A stretch of DNA of 64,000 nucleotides from an uncultured Acidobacteriota bacterium (GCA_963766785.1 CAVYBV010000003.1:81504-145503), one strand, 5' to 3'. Shown: positions 25,894-34,582, counted from the first letter of the stretch. Notes: generated from the sequence alone by a model not told the origin. Translations and numbers: made by a program.

Positions 25894-26297
25894 ACCCTGT
25901 CGAGACTGTTGCCGAACAACTCAAGATCAAGGAGCCCACAACCGATGCGAGCGGCGTGAGCTGGTTCCCGACCGAGAACCTCGCCGTGCGCGAGACAGCG
26001 GCTGTCCTTCGTTCCGCGGGAGCCCGCTTTATCACCATCACCGCAACGGAATTGCCGCCCGGCCAGGGTTTTCGCCTCGAATACATCTGGGATCTCGAAG
26101 GCATGCTCCTCGGTTTTGCCTTCCTCATTCCCGGCCGCGAGACCTTCAGCATCTACGACATCACCGAAGCTGCCGACTGGATCGAGCGGGAGGTTCACGA
26201 GGAGTTTGCGATCGACTTTGCCGGCCGCGCCTGCGAGCCGCTTCTGCTGCGCGAGGGCAGCCGGCCCGGCGTGTACCTGCACGAGGTAGCAAAATGA
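25890..26297 (+). CDS. NuoC-like (30-kDa-type) hydrogenase subunit, CooU-like
   Basis: ATGA overlap at 25890-25893. 135 aa. ...ITITATELPPGQGFRLEYIW...ADWIEREVHEEFAIDF fits the Complex1_30kDa fold pattern. Confidence 0.8.
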   Translation: MNPVETVAEQLKIKEPTTDASGVSWFPTENLAVRETAAVLRSAGARFITITATELPPGQGFRLEYIWDLEGMLLGFAFLIPGRETFSIYDITEAADWIEREVHEEFAIDFAGRACEPLLLREGSRPGVYLHEVAK

Positions 26298-27376
26298 GCT
26301 ACAAAATGCCGATGGGCCCCTATCATCCCGGCCTCGAAGAGCCCTACAAGCTGGAGATGATCTGCGAGGGAGAAACCATCTCCGACGCGCAACTCCATAT
26401 AGGCTTTAACTTCAGGGGCATCGAAAACCTGGCCGAGGGGCGCAACTATGTCCAGGTCGTCGCCCTCATGGAAAGAGTCTGCGGCATCTGCTCGTTCATT
26501 CACACCCTCACCCTGTGCCAGGCCATGGAAACGCTCACCGGGCTCACGCCGCCCCCTCGCGCCCGCTATATCCGCGTGATTATGGCGGAGTTAGAGCGCC
26601 TTCACTCGCACGTCCTGTGGGCCGGGATTGCTGCAAAACTGATGGGATTCAAGACGATGTTTATGGCGTGCTTTGAGTACCGGGAGCAGGTGATGGACAT
26701 GCTGGAAGCCATCTCCGGAAACCGGGTGAACTACTCCATGAACCGCGTGGGCGGCGTCAATCGCGATATCGCCGACCCGGAGGCCATCCTGCGCATGGTG
26801 AACGCGCTCGAGGGAGAAATTGCCCGCGTGCTTGTGCCTGTGTTCACCAGCAGCGTAACCGCGCGTTCCCGCTGCGCCGGCATCGGCGTCCTGACCCAGG
26901 AAAAGGCTGCATCCTGCGGCGTGGTCGGCCCCAATGCGCGCGCTTCCGGCATCGCCCAGGACCTGCGCCGCGCCGCGCCCTATGCGGCTTATGAAGAGAT
27001 GGAGTTCGAAGTTCCAGTTGAGACCGCAGGGGATGTGCGAGCACGTCTGATGGTGCGCGCGCTGGAAATGCTGCAGAGCTGCGGCATCCTTCGCCAGGCG
27101 CTCACCCGCCTGCCCGCCGGCGAATTTCACTGCGGCGAAGGCAAACTCTCATTCCCAACCGGAACCGCCGTCAGCCGCGTGGAAGCCCCGCGCGGAGAGG
27201 TCTTCTACAGCGTGAGCTGGAAGGAAAATTCGCGGACTCCGTCCCGGGTTCATGTGCGCACTCCCACCTATGTGAATATGCCCGCCGTGCGCTGGATGGT
27301 GCGGGGCGCGCGCGTCGCCGATGCGCCCCTGATCCAGGCCTCCATCGATCCGTGCTATTCCTGCACCGACCGTTAG
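26294..27376 (+). CDS. [NiFe]-hydrogenase group 4 large (catalytic) subunit, NuoD-like, CooH/EchE-like
   Basis: ATGA overlap at 26294-26297. 360 aa. N-terminal Ni-Fe motif ERVCGICSFIH (RxCGxCxxxH) and C-terminal IDPCYSCTDR (DPCxxCxxR) immediately before the stop. Confidence 0.92.
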   Translation: MSYKMPMGPYHPGLEEPYKLEMICEGETISDAQLHIGFNFRGIENLAEGRNYVQVVALMERVCGICSFIHTLTLCQAMETLTGLTPPPRARYIRVIMAELERLHSHVLWAGIAAKLMGFKTMFMACFEYREQVMDMLEAISGNRVNYSMNRVGGVNRDIADPEAILRMVNALEGEIARVLVPVFTSSVTARSRCAGIGVLTQEKAASCGVVGPNARASGIAQDLRRAAPYAAYEEMEFEVPVETAGDVRARLMVRALEMLQSCGILRQALTRLPAGEFHCGEGKLSFPTGTAVSRVEAPRGEVFYSVSWKENSRTPSRVHVRTPTYVNMPAVRWMVRGARVADAPLIQASIDPCYSCTDR

Positions 27377-27486
27377 CCAGGGCCGAGTTTGCGCGAGCTG
27401 ACCACTGCTGATTATTGGCAGCTGCAGCGCCGGCAGGTAAAATCAACCATTGTTCGCATCAACCGAAGGCTTTCCATGGCGGCGCA

Positions 27487-28131
27487 ATGACCGAGCAAAA
27501 CCAGGCGTCTGTGACTCCGTCCTTCTTCGTGCATCCGCACGGTATCGCCGAAAGCAGCCGGATCGGCGCGGGAACCCGCATCTGGGCCTTCGCGCATGTC
27601 ATGCGCGGCGCTGAGGTTGGGGAGCGGTGTAATGTCGGCGAGCACGCCTTTATCGAAACCGGGGCGATTGTCGGCAACGACGTCACCGTGAAAAACGGCG
27701 TCTCCGTGTGGTCCGGCGTGGTGGTTGAAGATGAAGTTTTCCTCGGCCCCCACTGCATCTTCACCAACGATCCCAATCCGCGCTCCTTCATCAAGAAGGG
27801 CCCGCAGGCCCTGGTGGGAACCTGCGTGCGCCGCGGCGCCACCATCGGTGCGGGCGCGGTCATTGTATGCGGGCATGAGATCGGCCGTTACGCATTTGTC
27901 GGCGCCGGAGCGGTCGTCATTCGCGATGTTCCCGATTTCGCGCTCGTGGTCGGCAACCCCGCCGGCCAGATCGGCTGGATGTGCCTCTGCGCGCAAAAGC
28001 TGCCCCTTTCCTTGACCGCCGCAAGCGGGCAACGCTCGGTCTGCCCCGCATGCGGCTCCGAGTTCGAACGCGTCGAAAGCGGCTTGACCGTGATTTGCGA
28101 CCGCATCCGCGGCAAAAAGGGAATTCCATGA
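27487..28131 (+). CDS. left-handed beta-helix sugar N-acetyltransferase (WbpD/WlbB-like)
   Basis: Start at the ATG at 27487 (MTEQNQ). Hexapeptide repeats run through IGAGTRIWAFAHVMRGAEVGERCNVGEHAFIETGAIVGNDVTVKNGVSVW...FTNDPNPRS. C-terminal GWMCLC...CPACG. Confidence 0.85.
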   Translation: MTEQNQASVTPSFFVHPHGIAESSRIGAGTRIWAFAHVMRGAEVGERCNVGEHAFIETGAIVGNDVTVKNGVSVWSGVVVEDEVFLGPHCIFTNDPNPRSFIKKGPQALVGTCVRRGATIGAGAVIVCGHEIGRYAFVGAGAVVIRDVPDFALVVGNPAGQIGWMCLCAQKLPLSLTAASGQRSVCPACGSEFERVESGLTVICDRIRGKKGIP

Positions 28132-29294
28132 CTCCCTCTGTCCCCTTTGTCGACTTGAAGGCCCAGTACGCCGACATTCGCGCTGAAATTGAGCCTGCAA
28201 TCCAGGAAGTTCTCGAATCGGCTCACTTCGTCGGCGGCCCGGTTCTGGAACGCTTCGAAAGCGAGTTCGCGCATTTCTGCGGGGCAGCCTTTGCCCTCGG
28301 CGTCGCCAACGGAACCGACGCTATCTCGCTGGCGCTGCGCGCCGCCGGCCTCGGCCCCGGCGACGAAGTGCTGGTGCCGGCAAACACCTTCTTTGCCAGT
28401 GCGGAGGCCGTCTCCAACATTGGCGCCGCTCCTGTCTTTGTCGATGTGGACCCGCGGACTTTCCTGATGGATCCGGCTTCCGCTGCGGCGGCTGTCACAC
28501 CGCGCACGCGAGCCATCCTTCCCGTCCATCTCTACGGCCGCGCATTGGACATGGGCCCCTTCGTCGAACTTGCCGCCGCGCATAACCTCACCATCGTCGA
28601 GGATTGTGCCCAGGCCCACGGCGCCACCTTTGCCGGCGAGACGATCGGCGCTTCCGGCCGCCTGACCTGCTACAGCTTTTACCCCGGCAAAAACCTGGGG
28701 GCCTATGGAGACGGCGGCGCAGTTACCACCAACGACCCCGAACTGCGGCAGCGCCTGCTTGAGCTGCGCGACCACGGCAGCCCGCGCAAATACGAACACG
28801 CCCGCGTGGGCTACAACTCCCGTTTGGACGCGCTGCAGGCAGCGGTGCTATCGGTCAAGCTGCGTCACCTGCCCAACTGGAACGCGGCCCGGCGGCGTCA
28901 TGCGGAAACCTATGCGGCCGCGCTCCAGGGTTCGCCCATCCTGCCCCCGGAGATTCCGCCTCCAGGCGGGCATGCCTTTCATCTCTTCGTCGTGCGCTCA
29001 AGCCTCCGCGATCGATTGCAGCAGTTCCTCACCCAGCGGGGTATCGCCACCAGCATCCATTACCCCACTCCCCTGCACCTTACCCAGGCCTATCGGCGGC
29101 TCGGTGCGCCTGCCCGGGGTTCCTTGCCTGTGGCTGAAACCATCGCGGGCGAAATCCTTTCCCTTCCCATGTACGCGGAACTCAGCGCGGAGCAACTGCG
29201 GTATACGGTCGAGGCGATACACGAATTCATTCGCATCGAATGCCCCGCCGCGCCTCCCCAATCCCCAACCCACAATTCCATCGTGCGCAGTTGA
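28128..29294 (+). CDS. DegT/DnrJ/EryC1/StrS-family sugar aminotransferase (WbpE/WlbC-like)
   Basis: ATGA overlap with the acetyltransferase stop. MTPSVPFVDLKAQY, and PLP-lysine region SFYPGKNLGAYGDGG. Confidence 0.9.
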   Translation: MTPSVPFVDLKAQYADIRAEIEPAIQEVLESAHFVGGPVLERFESEFAHFCGAAFALGVANGTDAISLALRAAGLGPGDEVLVPANTFFASAEAVSNIGAAPVFVDVDPRTFLMDPASAAAAVTPRTRAILPVHLYGRALDMGPFVELAAAHNLTIVEDCAQAHGATFAGETIGASGRLTCYSFYPGKNLGAYGDGGAVTTNDPELRQRLLELRDHGSPRKYEHARVGYNSRLDALQAAVLSVKLRHLPNWNAARRRHAETYAAALQGSPILPPEIPPPGGHAFHLFVVRSSLRDRLQQFLTQRGIATSIHYPTPLHLTQAYRRLGAPARGSLPVAETIAGEILSLPMYAELSAEQLRYTVEAIHEFIRIECPAAPPQSPTHNSIVRS

Positions 29295-29819
29295 GCCGCG
29301 CGATTCGTACCCCAACCCCATTCCTTCTCGCCCGATGAACGCGCCTCTCTGCTTTCAGAAACCGTTGCGCCCTTCCTCCAGAGAATTCCGGAGACGACTA
29401 CCCGAATTTGCGGAAGGCCTGCTGATCCGCGACATCAGATTTCTGAAGTATCGTGTTCGGGATTACCAAGGACGCACTCGATTCCATTCCAATTTGAGAA
29501 TGCTGAAATTTAACTGTTCACTTCTTGCCCGGGACCGCTAATATGGACAGAAATAGGCCTTCAGTTTGGGTTCTCATATCCCTGATACAGATGTAGCCCC
29601 GTAGCCTTATCCAGTCAGCGCGTTCGATCGGTTGACCGGCATCAGGCTCAAATCTCAACCCAACGCGTCCCGGCGGTGGCTTCCTAAAAACACCACACGG
29701 GCGTCGCGATCACCGGCATTGCCGCAAGCTTCAGCAGTCCATCGAACCAATGCCCATGCTTGCGGCTAAAATGAGTTCTCTTCGGAGTCCTCTGCTTCGG
29801 GCCTGGAGGCGCAGTTAAC

Positions 29820-31307
29820 GTGGCTACCATTAATTATTCGCAAGCTGCCGATAAGAATCGTGCTTTGGCCGCCACCCCCCGGATACAAACAAGCCGGGCC
29901 GGGCAACCTGAGACCTCAAAGCTTTTGGTTTGCCTCGACATCGTTACCGCGCTTGTTGCTTCCTTGCTTTCGTGGATCATTTTTAGATCGATGCATGGCT
30001 CATCGGGCGTTATCGCATGGCGCTTCGATCCCTCCCTCGAAATTACCGGCCGCGAGCTAATGGCTCCCCTGGGCGTCTTCGTTGTCTCTCTTATTGTGGT
30101 CAGCCGGTATCTGCATCTTTATTCGCCCGCCCGCATCGGCGGCTACCTTCACGAACAAAGGCTCACCGTGCAAGCCTGTCTCACGGCGGGGCTCCTTGTC
30201 ATAGGGATGATGTATTTAACCCATATCCTCGAAGTTCCGCGCAGCCTTCTCTTGATTATGCTTGCGCTTGTCACCAGCCTCCTGGGTCTGCGCCGCTTCG
30301 TCCATCGCTTTGTCTTGGAAAAGCGCCATCTCTCCGGGCTGGCTAACCGGCACATCCTCGTGGTGGGTTCGCTACCTGAAGCGGCCGCGGTAAAACAACA
30401 CCTCGACACCCTTCGCCATCTCGGGTTTTTGGCCCAGGGGATCATCTCCCTCCCCGGCACCGCGGAGCCGGTCAGCGAAGAGGAATTCAGCCGCATCTTT
30501 GAACAAGCGCGCGCCCAATTCGTTGACGAAATCTTTCTCGTCAATCCCTTCCAGGCGGGAATCGCGCGCGAGATGCTGCGATGGGCTCGTGCCTATGAAA
30601 TCGACCTCAGAATCGTGCCCAGTCTGTACGAGGGTTTGACCTGGAATCGCGCCATGGAATATGTCGGCCAGTTCCCCACCTTCTCCTTGCATCGCGCCAA
30701 AATCCCTGAATTCTCTCTCTTCATCAAGCACACAATGGATTTCGTGCTCGCTGCTCTTTTCCTGGCCATCGGCGCCGTCCCCATGCTGGTGATTGCCGTC
30801 TTGATCAAACTGGACTCCAAAGGCCCGGTCTTCTACCGCTCCGAGCGCGTAGGGCGCAAGGGGCGCATTTTCAAATGCACCAAGTTCCGCACCATGATTC
30901 CGGACGCCGATCTCAAGTTGGCCGGGTTGATGCATTTGAACGAACGAAATGGCGCGTTCTTCAAGCTCTCCAATGACCCGCGAATTACTCGCGTTGGCCG
31001 TTTCCTGCGCAAGTTCTCCATCGACGAGCTGCCCCAGCTATTTGACGTCTTGCGCGGCGAGTTGAGCATTGTGGGGCCGCGCCCCCCTATTGCCAGCGAA
31101 GTCATGCAGTACGACGTGCACCATCTCCGCCGCCTTGAGGTCACCCCCGGAATTACCGGACTCTGGCAGGTGCAGGCGCGGCAGGATCCCTCCTTCGACA
31201 GTTACATTTCCCTCGACCTGGCCTACATCGAGAACTGGAGCGTCTGGCTCGATTTGAAAATCATGATTCGGACCATCGGCGTCGTCCTGGCCGGCACCGG
31301 ATCGTAA
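29820..31307 (+). CDS. exopolysaccharide-type polyprenyl-phosphate glycosyl-1-phosphate transferase (WbaP/EpsB-like priming transferase)
   Basis: 495-aa ORF with a GTG start. N-terminal TM bundle, central linker domain, and a C-terminal bacterial sugar-transferase domain (KFRTM...DELPQLFDVLRGELSIVGPRP). Confidence 0.9.
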   Translation: MATINYSQAADKNRALAATPRIQTSRAGQPETSKLLVCLDIVTALVASLLSWIIFRSMHGSSGVIAWRFDPSLEITGRELMAPLGVFVVSLIVVSRYLHLYSPARIGGYLHEQRLTVQACLTAGLLVIGMMYLTHILEVPRSLLLIMLALVTSLLGLRRFVHRFVLEKRHLSGLANRHILVVGSLPEAAAVKQHLDTLRHLGFLAQGIISLPGTAEPVSEEEFSRIFEQARAQFVDEIFLVNPFQAGIAREMLRWARAYEIDLRIVPSLYEGLTWNRAMEYVGQFPTFSLHRAKIPEFSLFIKHTMDFVLAALFLAIGAVPMLVIAVLIKLDSKGPVFYRSERVGRKGRIFKCTKFRTMIPDADLKLAGLMHLNERNGAFFKLSNDPRITRVGRFLRKFSIDELPQLFDVLRGELSIVGPRPPIASEVMQYDVHHLRRLEVTPGITGLWQVQARQDPSFDSYISLDLAYIENWSVWLDLKIMIRTIGVVLAGTGS

Positions 31308-31392
31308 TTCTTCTAATCCGCTTCAAGGCCACGACGGATGCTTCCCTTCATCTCGCTTCAGGGCCTTGCTGGTTTTGCCCTGCCTCCGCCAG

Positions 31393-31440
31393 CTTCCTGT
31401 TGACAAACAGACTATTAATATGTAGAACTTCAACAGGAAG
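31393..31440 (+). promoter_or_regulatory. perfect 11-bp inverted repeat bracketing a sigma70-like promoter upstream of padR (candidate autoregulatory operator)
   Basis: CTTCCTGTTGA (31393-31403) pairs with TCAACAGGAAG (31430-31440), 26-nt spacer. TTGACA at 31400-31405, a 17-nt spacer, then TAGAAC at 31423-31428. The right arm overlaps the RBS AGGAAGG of padR (ATG at 31447). Confidence 0.4.
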
Positions 31441-31446
31441 GAAAAC

Positions 31447-31785
31447 ATGGACGGAAACAAGCCGGACATCCTCCAGGGCACCCTCGATCTGATGGTGCTC
31501 AAGACCCTTGAATCCATGGGCCCGCTGCATGGTTACGGCATCGCGCGTCGCATCGAGCAGGTGAGCGGAAACACCCTCATCCTCAACCAGGGCACTATCT
31601 ACCCCGCGCTTCTGCGCCTGGAACAGCGCCGCTGGATCAAGGCCGAATGGGGCATTTCAGAGTCGAGCCGCCGCGCCCGCTTCTACTCCCTCACCCGCAC
31701 CGGCAGGAGCCGCATCGCTGAAGAAACCCGCAACTGGGAGCGCATCGCCGCCACCATGGCGCTCTTCCTCACCGTGTCGAAATAG
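31447..31785 (+). CDS. PadR-family transcriptional regulator (acidobacterial type)
   Basis: 112-aa ORF. Winged-helix core LMVLKTLESMGPLHGYGIARRIEQ...GTIYPALLRLEQRRWI. Confidence 0.9.
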   Translation: MDGNKPDILQGTLDLMVLKTLESMGPLHGYGIARRIEQVSGNTLILNQGTIYPALLRLEQRRWIKAEWGISESSRRARFYSLTRTGRSRIAEETRNWERIAATMALFLTVSK

Positions 31786-31794
31786 GAGTCGATC

Positions 31795-34494
31795 ATGGAA
31801 CTGGTTCGCTCTCTGCTCAGCCGCATCGCCTCCATGTTTCGCGGGCGCAGCCTCGACGCTTCCCTCGACGAAGAACTCCGCGCGCATGTCGACATGGCCC
31901 TGGAAGACCACATCCGCCGCGGCATCCCTGAGGCGGAGGCTCGCCGTCTCGCCCTGCGCGAATTCGGCGGCGTCACCCAGGTTCGCGAAGCTTACCGAGT
32001 GCAACGCGGCATGCCGCTGCTTGAACAGGTCCGCCGCGACCTGCGCTACGGCATCTTTCAACTCTGGAAATCTCCGGGCTTCACCCTGACCGCCATCCTC
32101 ACGCTTGCTCTCGGCGTCGGCGCCAACACTACCGTCTTCTCCATGATCAACGGTCTGCTCCTGCGCCCGCTGCCGGTTCCCCAGAGCAACAGGCTCGTTG
32201 TCCTCGGCATGAACTTCGGCGGTCCGCAGCCTGCCTACAGCTTTCCGGAACCCATCTTTCGCGCGCTTGAGCGCCGACACGGCGCCTTCAGCTCCGTATT
32301 CGCATTCGACCGCTCGCCATTCCAGGTGAAGAGCGGCGTCGCCACGGAAATCATCTTTGGCCAATACGTCAGCGGCACGTTCTTCAGCGCGCTTGAGACC
32401 CCGCCGCTGCTCGGCCGCACGCTCACCGCGCAGGACGATCGCAAGGGCGGCGATCCCTCCGGCTTCGCGACCGTCATCGGCGAAACCCTCTGGAACAATC
32501 GCTACCACCGTGACCCAGCCATCCTCGGCCGCCGCATCGTGCTGGACAACGTCGCTTTCACCATCGTCGGCGTGATGCCGCGCAGCTTCTTCGGCGCCGA
32601 TCCCATCCAGCGTCCGCAGATTTTCGTGCCACTTGCCGACGAAGAAGTGCTCGCCGGCGAACGGAGCATGATCAAGTTCGCCGAGCGCGCCTGGTGGCTC
32701 AACGTGATGGGCCGGCTTGCTCCCGGCGCCACTCTGGAGCAGGCTAACTCCGAAGTCTCTTCCGCTTCCAGCGCCATCCTGCATGAAGCCGTGCCCGATG
32801 CCAAGTGGGTAGCAGGCATGGAAAAGCGCCACTTCAGCCTTTCCGCCGAGCAAGGCTCGAACGGCTTCACCTACATGAGGCTTCGCTTCCGCAAACCGCT
32901 GGTCGCAGTCTTCGCCATGTGCGGCGGAATCCTGCTTCTGGCCTGCCTCAACCTCGCCAGTCTGCTCATGGCGCGCGGCACGGCGCGGCAGCGCGAGCTG
33001 GCCACCCGCATGGCTCTTGGGGCTTCCCGCCGCCGCCTCATTCAGCAATTGCTTGTGGAAGGCCTGCTGCTCGGAATCGCCGGCACCGCCGCCGGCCTCG
33101 CCATTGCGCCCGCGGTCAGCCAACTGCTTGTTACGGTCCTCATCGGCGGCCAGCCGGGCGCTTATCTCGATACCTCGCTCGATGTGCGGGTGTTCGCCTT
33201 CGCCGCCGGCGCTGCCGTCCTCGCCACGCTGCTATTCGCGCTCGTCCCCGCCATCAAAGCCACCTCACGCAGCATCATGGAGCGCATCAAAGACGGCCAG
33301 CACTCGACTCTGTCCCACGAGCGCCGAGCCATCTTCCCTCGCATCCTGCTCGGAACCGAGGTCGGCCTCGCGCTCATCCTCGTGGTCGGCGCGGGACTCG
33401 TCGCCACCAGCCTCCTGCGCCTTTACAGCTCCGGGGAGGGCCTCGATCCGCGCGGCATTCAAAGCATCGATTTCCGCATGGAGAATGCCGGCCTCAAAGG
33501 CGACGCGCTCATGAGCTTCTATCACGAGATGGCCCTGCGCCTCGCCCAGCAACCCGGTGTCACCGGCGTCAGCTATCAGCGTGTGTCTCTGTTCACGGGC
33601 GGCGTTTGGGACGAGGACCTCTCCGATACGCGAGGCGTGAACCACGACACTTACATGAATTCCGTGGCGCCCGCATACTTCAGCACCATGCGCATCCCGC
33701 TGCTCTCCGGACGCGAGTTTACCTGGAACGACACGCCATCTTCCGGCTTGAAAATCATCCTCAACCAGTCTTCCGCGCGGCAGCTATTCCCTGACGGCAG
33801 CGCGCTTGGCCGCTCCTTCAGTCACAAGGATGAAGACAAGATGAACGTCTATCAAGTCGTCGGCATCGTCGGCGATGCCAAGTACAGCGACCTGCATTCC
33901 CCAGCGCCACCCACCGCGTACGTTGCCATGCCGCAGGACAGCGGAATGCAGGGCCCATCCTACTCGGCCGTGGTGCGCACCACCGCGGCTCCCGGCCCGC
34001 TGGCCAGTGCCGTCCGTGCCCTCACCGCGCAAATGGCTCCTTCCGTCCCCGCGCCGGAGGTAACATCCGTGCAGCAGACCATCGACGACTCACTCGGAGC
34101 CGAGCGCATGATGACCATGCTGGCCGTCTTCTTCGCCGTCTGCGCGCTGGTGGTCACCGCCATCGGCCTCTACGGCACGCTTGCCTACGCCACGGCGCGC
34201 CGCACCACCGAGATCGGCATCCGCATGGCCCTGGGCGCGCGCAGAGCCGCTGTGGCTGCTATGGTCTTTCGCCAGAATCTCTGGGTGGTCATGGGCGGAA
34301 CCGTCATCGGCCTGGTAGCCGCACTCATTGCCACTCGCGCTCTAGCCAGCTTCCTGTTTCAAACCACCACGCGCGATCCGTGGGTGATTGCCGTATCCAT
34401 CGCCGCGCTCGCCCTCACCGCCTGCGCCGCATCCCTGCTCCCCGCCCTCCGCGCCGCCCGCATTCAGCCCATGTCGGCCATTCGCTGCGAATAA
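31795..34494 (+). CDS. duplicated FtsX/MacB-type ABC permease ('ADOP' family)
   Basis: 899-aa ORF starting 10 nt after padR. The N-terminal leader MELVRSLLSRIASMFRGRSLDASLDEELRAHVDM...REFGG is typical of the family. Two MacB-like periplasmic domains plus FtsX 4-TM modules. Confidence 0.9.
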   Translation: MELVRSLLSRIASMFRGRSLDASLDEELRAHVDMALEDHIRRGIPEAEARRLALREFGGVTQVREAYRVQRGMPLLEQVRRDLRYGIFQLWKSPGFTLTAILTLALGVGANTTVFSMINGLLLRPLPVPQSNRLVVLGMNFGGPQPAYSFPEPIFRALERRHGAFSSVFAFDRSPFQVKSGVATEIIFGQYVSGTFFSALETPPLLGRTLTAQDDRKGGDPSGFATVIGETLWNNRYHRDPAILGRRIVLDNVAFTIVGVMPRSFFGADPIQRPQIFVPLADEEVLAGERSMIKFAERAWWLNVMGRLAPGATLEQANSEVSSASSAILHEAVPDAKWVAGMEKRHFSLSAEQGSNGFTYMRLRFRKPLVAVFAMCGGILLLACLNLASLLMARGTARQRELATRMALGASRRRLIQQLLVEGLLLGIAGTAAGLAIAPAVSQLLVTVLIGGQPGAYLDTSLDVRVFAFAAGAAVLATLLFALVPAIKATSRSIMERIKDGQHSTLSHERRAIFPRILLGTEVGLALILVVGAGLVATSLLRLYSSGEGLDPRGIQSIDFRMENAGLKGDALMSFYHEMALRLAQQPGVTGVSYQRVSLFTGGVWDEDLSDTRGVNHDTYMNSVAPAYFSTMRIPLLSGREFTWNDTPSSGLKIILNQSSARQLFPDGSALGRSFSHKDEDKMNVYQVVGIVGDAKYSDLHSPAPPTAYVAMPQDSGMQGPSYSAVVRTTAAPGPLASAVRALTAQMAPSVPAPEVTSVQQTIDDSLGAERMMTMLAVFFAVCALVVTAIGLYGTLAYATARRTTEIGIRMALGARRAAVAAMVFRQNLWVVMGGTVIGLVAALIATRALASFLFQTTTRDPWVIAVSIAALALTACAASLLPALRAARIQPMSAIRCE

Positions 34495-34582
34495 TCCGCG
34501 ATTCGGACGGATGGACCGGGCCGTGCGCCTGGATTCTCCATTCGCCCGGTTTTAAGGCCGGTGGTCCATGGTCCCTGCTGTT

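Noticed and set aside
24087-27376. Reading the NuoB/H/I/C/D-like genes as a fragment of respiratory complex I (nuo) or an Mbx-type complex
   Set aside because: The D-like subunit retains both CxxC Ni-Fe ligand pairs. There are no NuoA/J/K/E/F/G genes in the operon. The gene set matches energy-converting hydrogenases.
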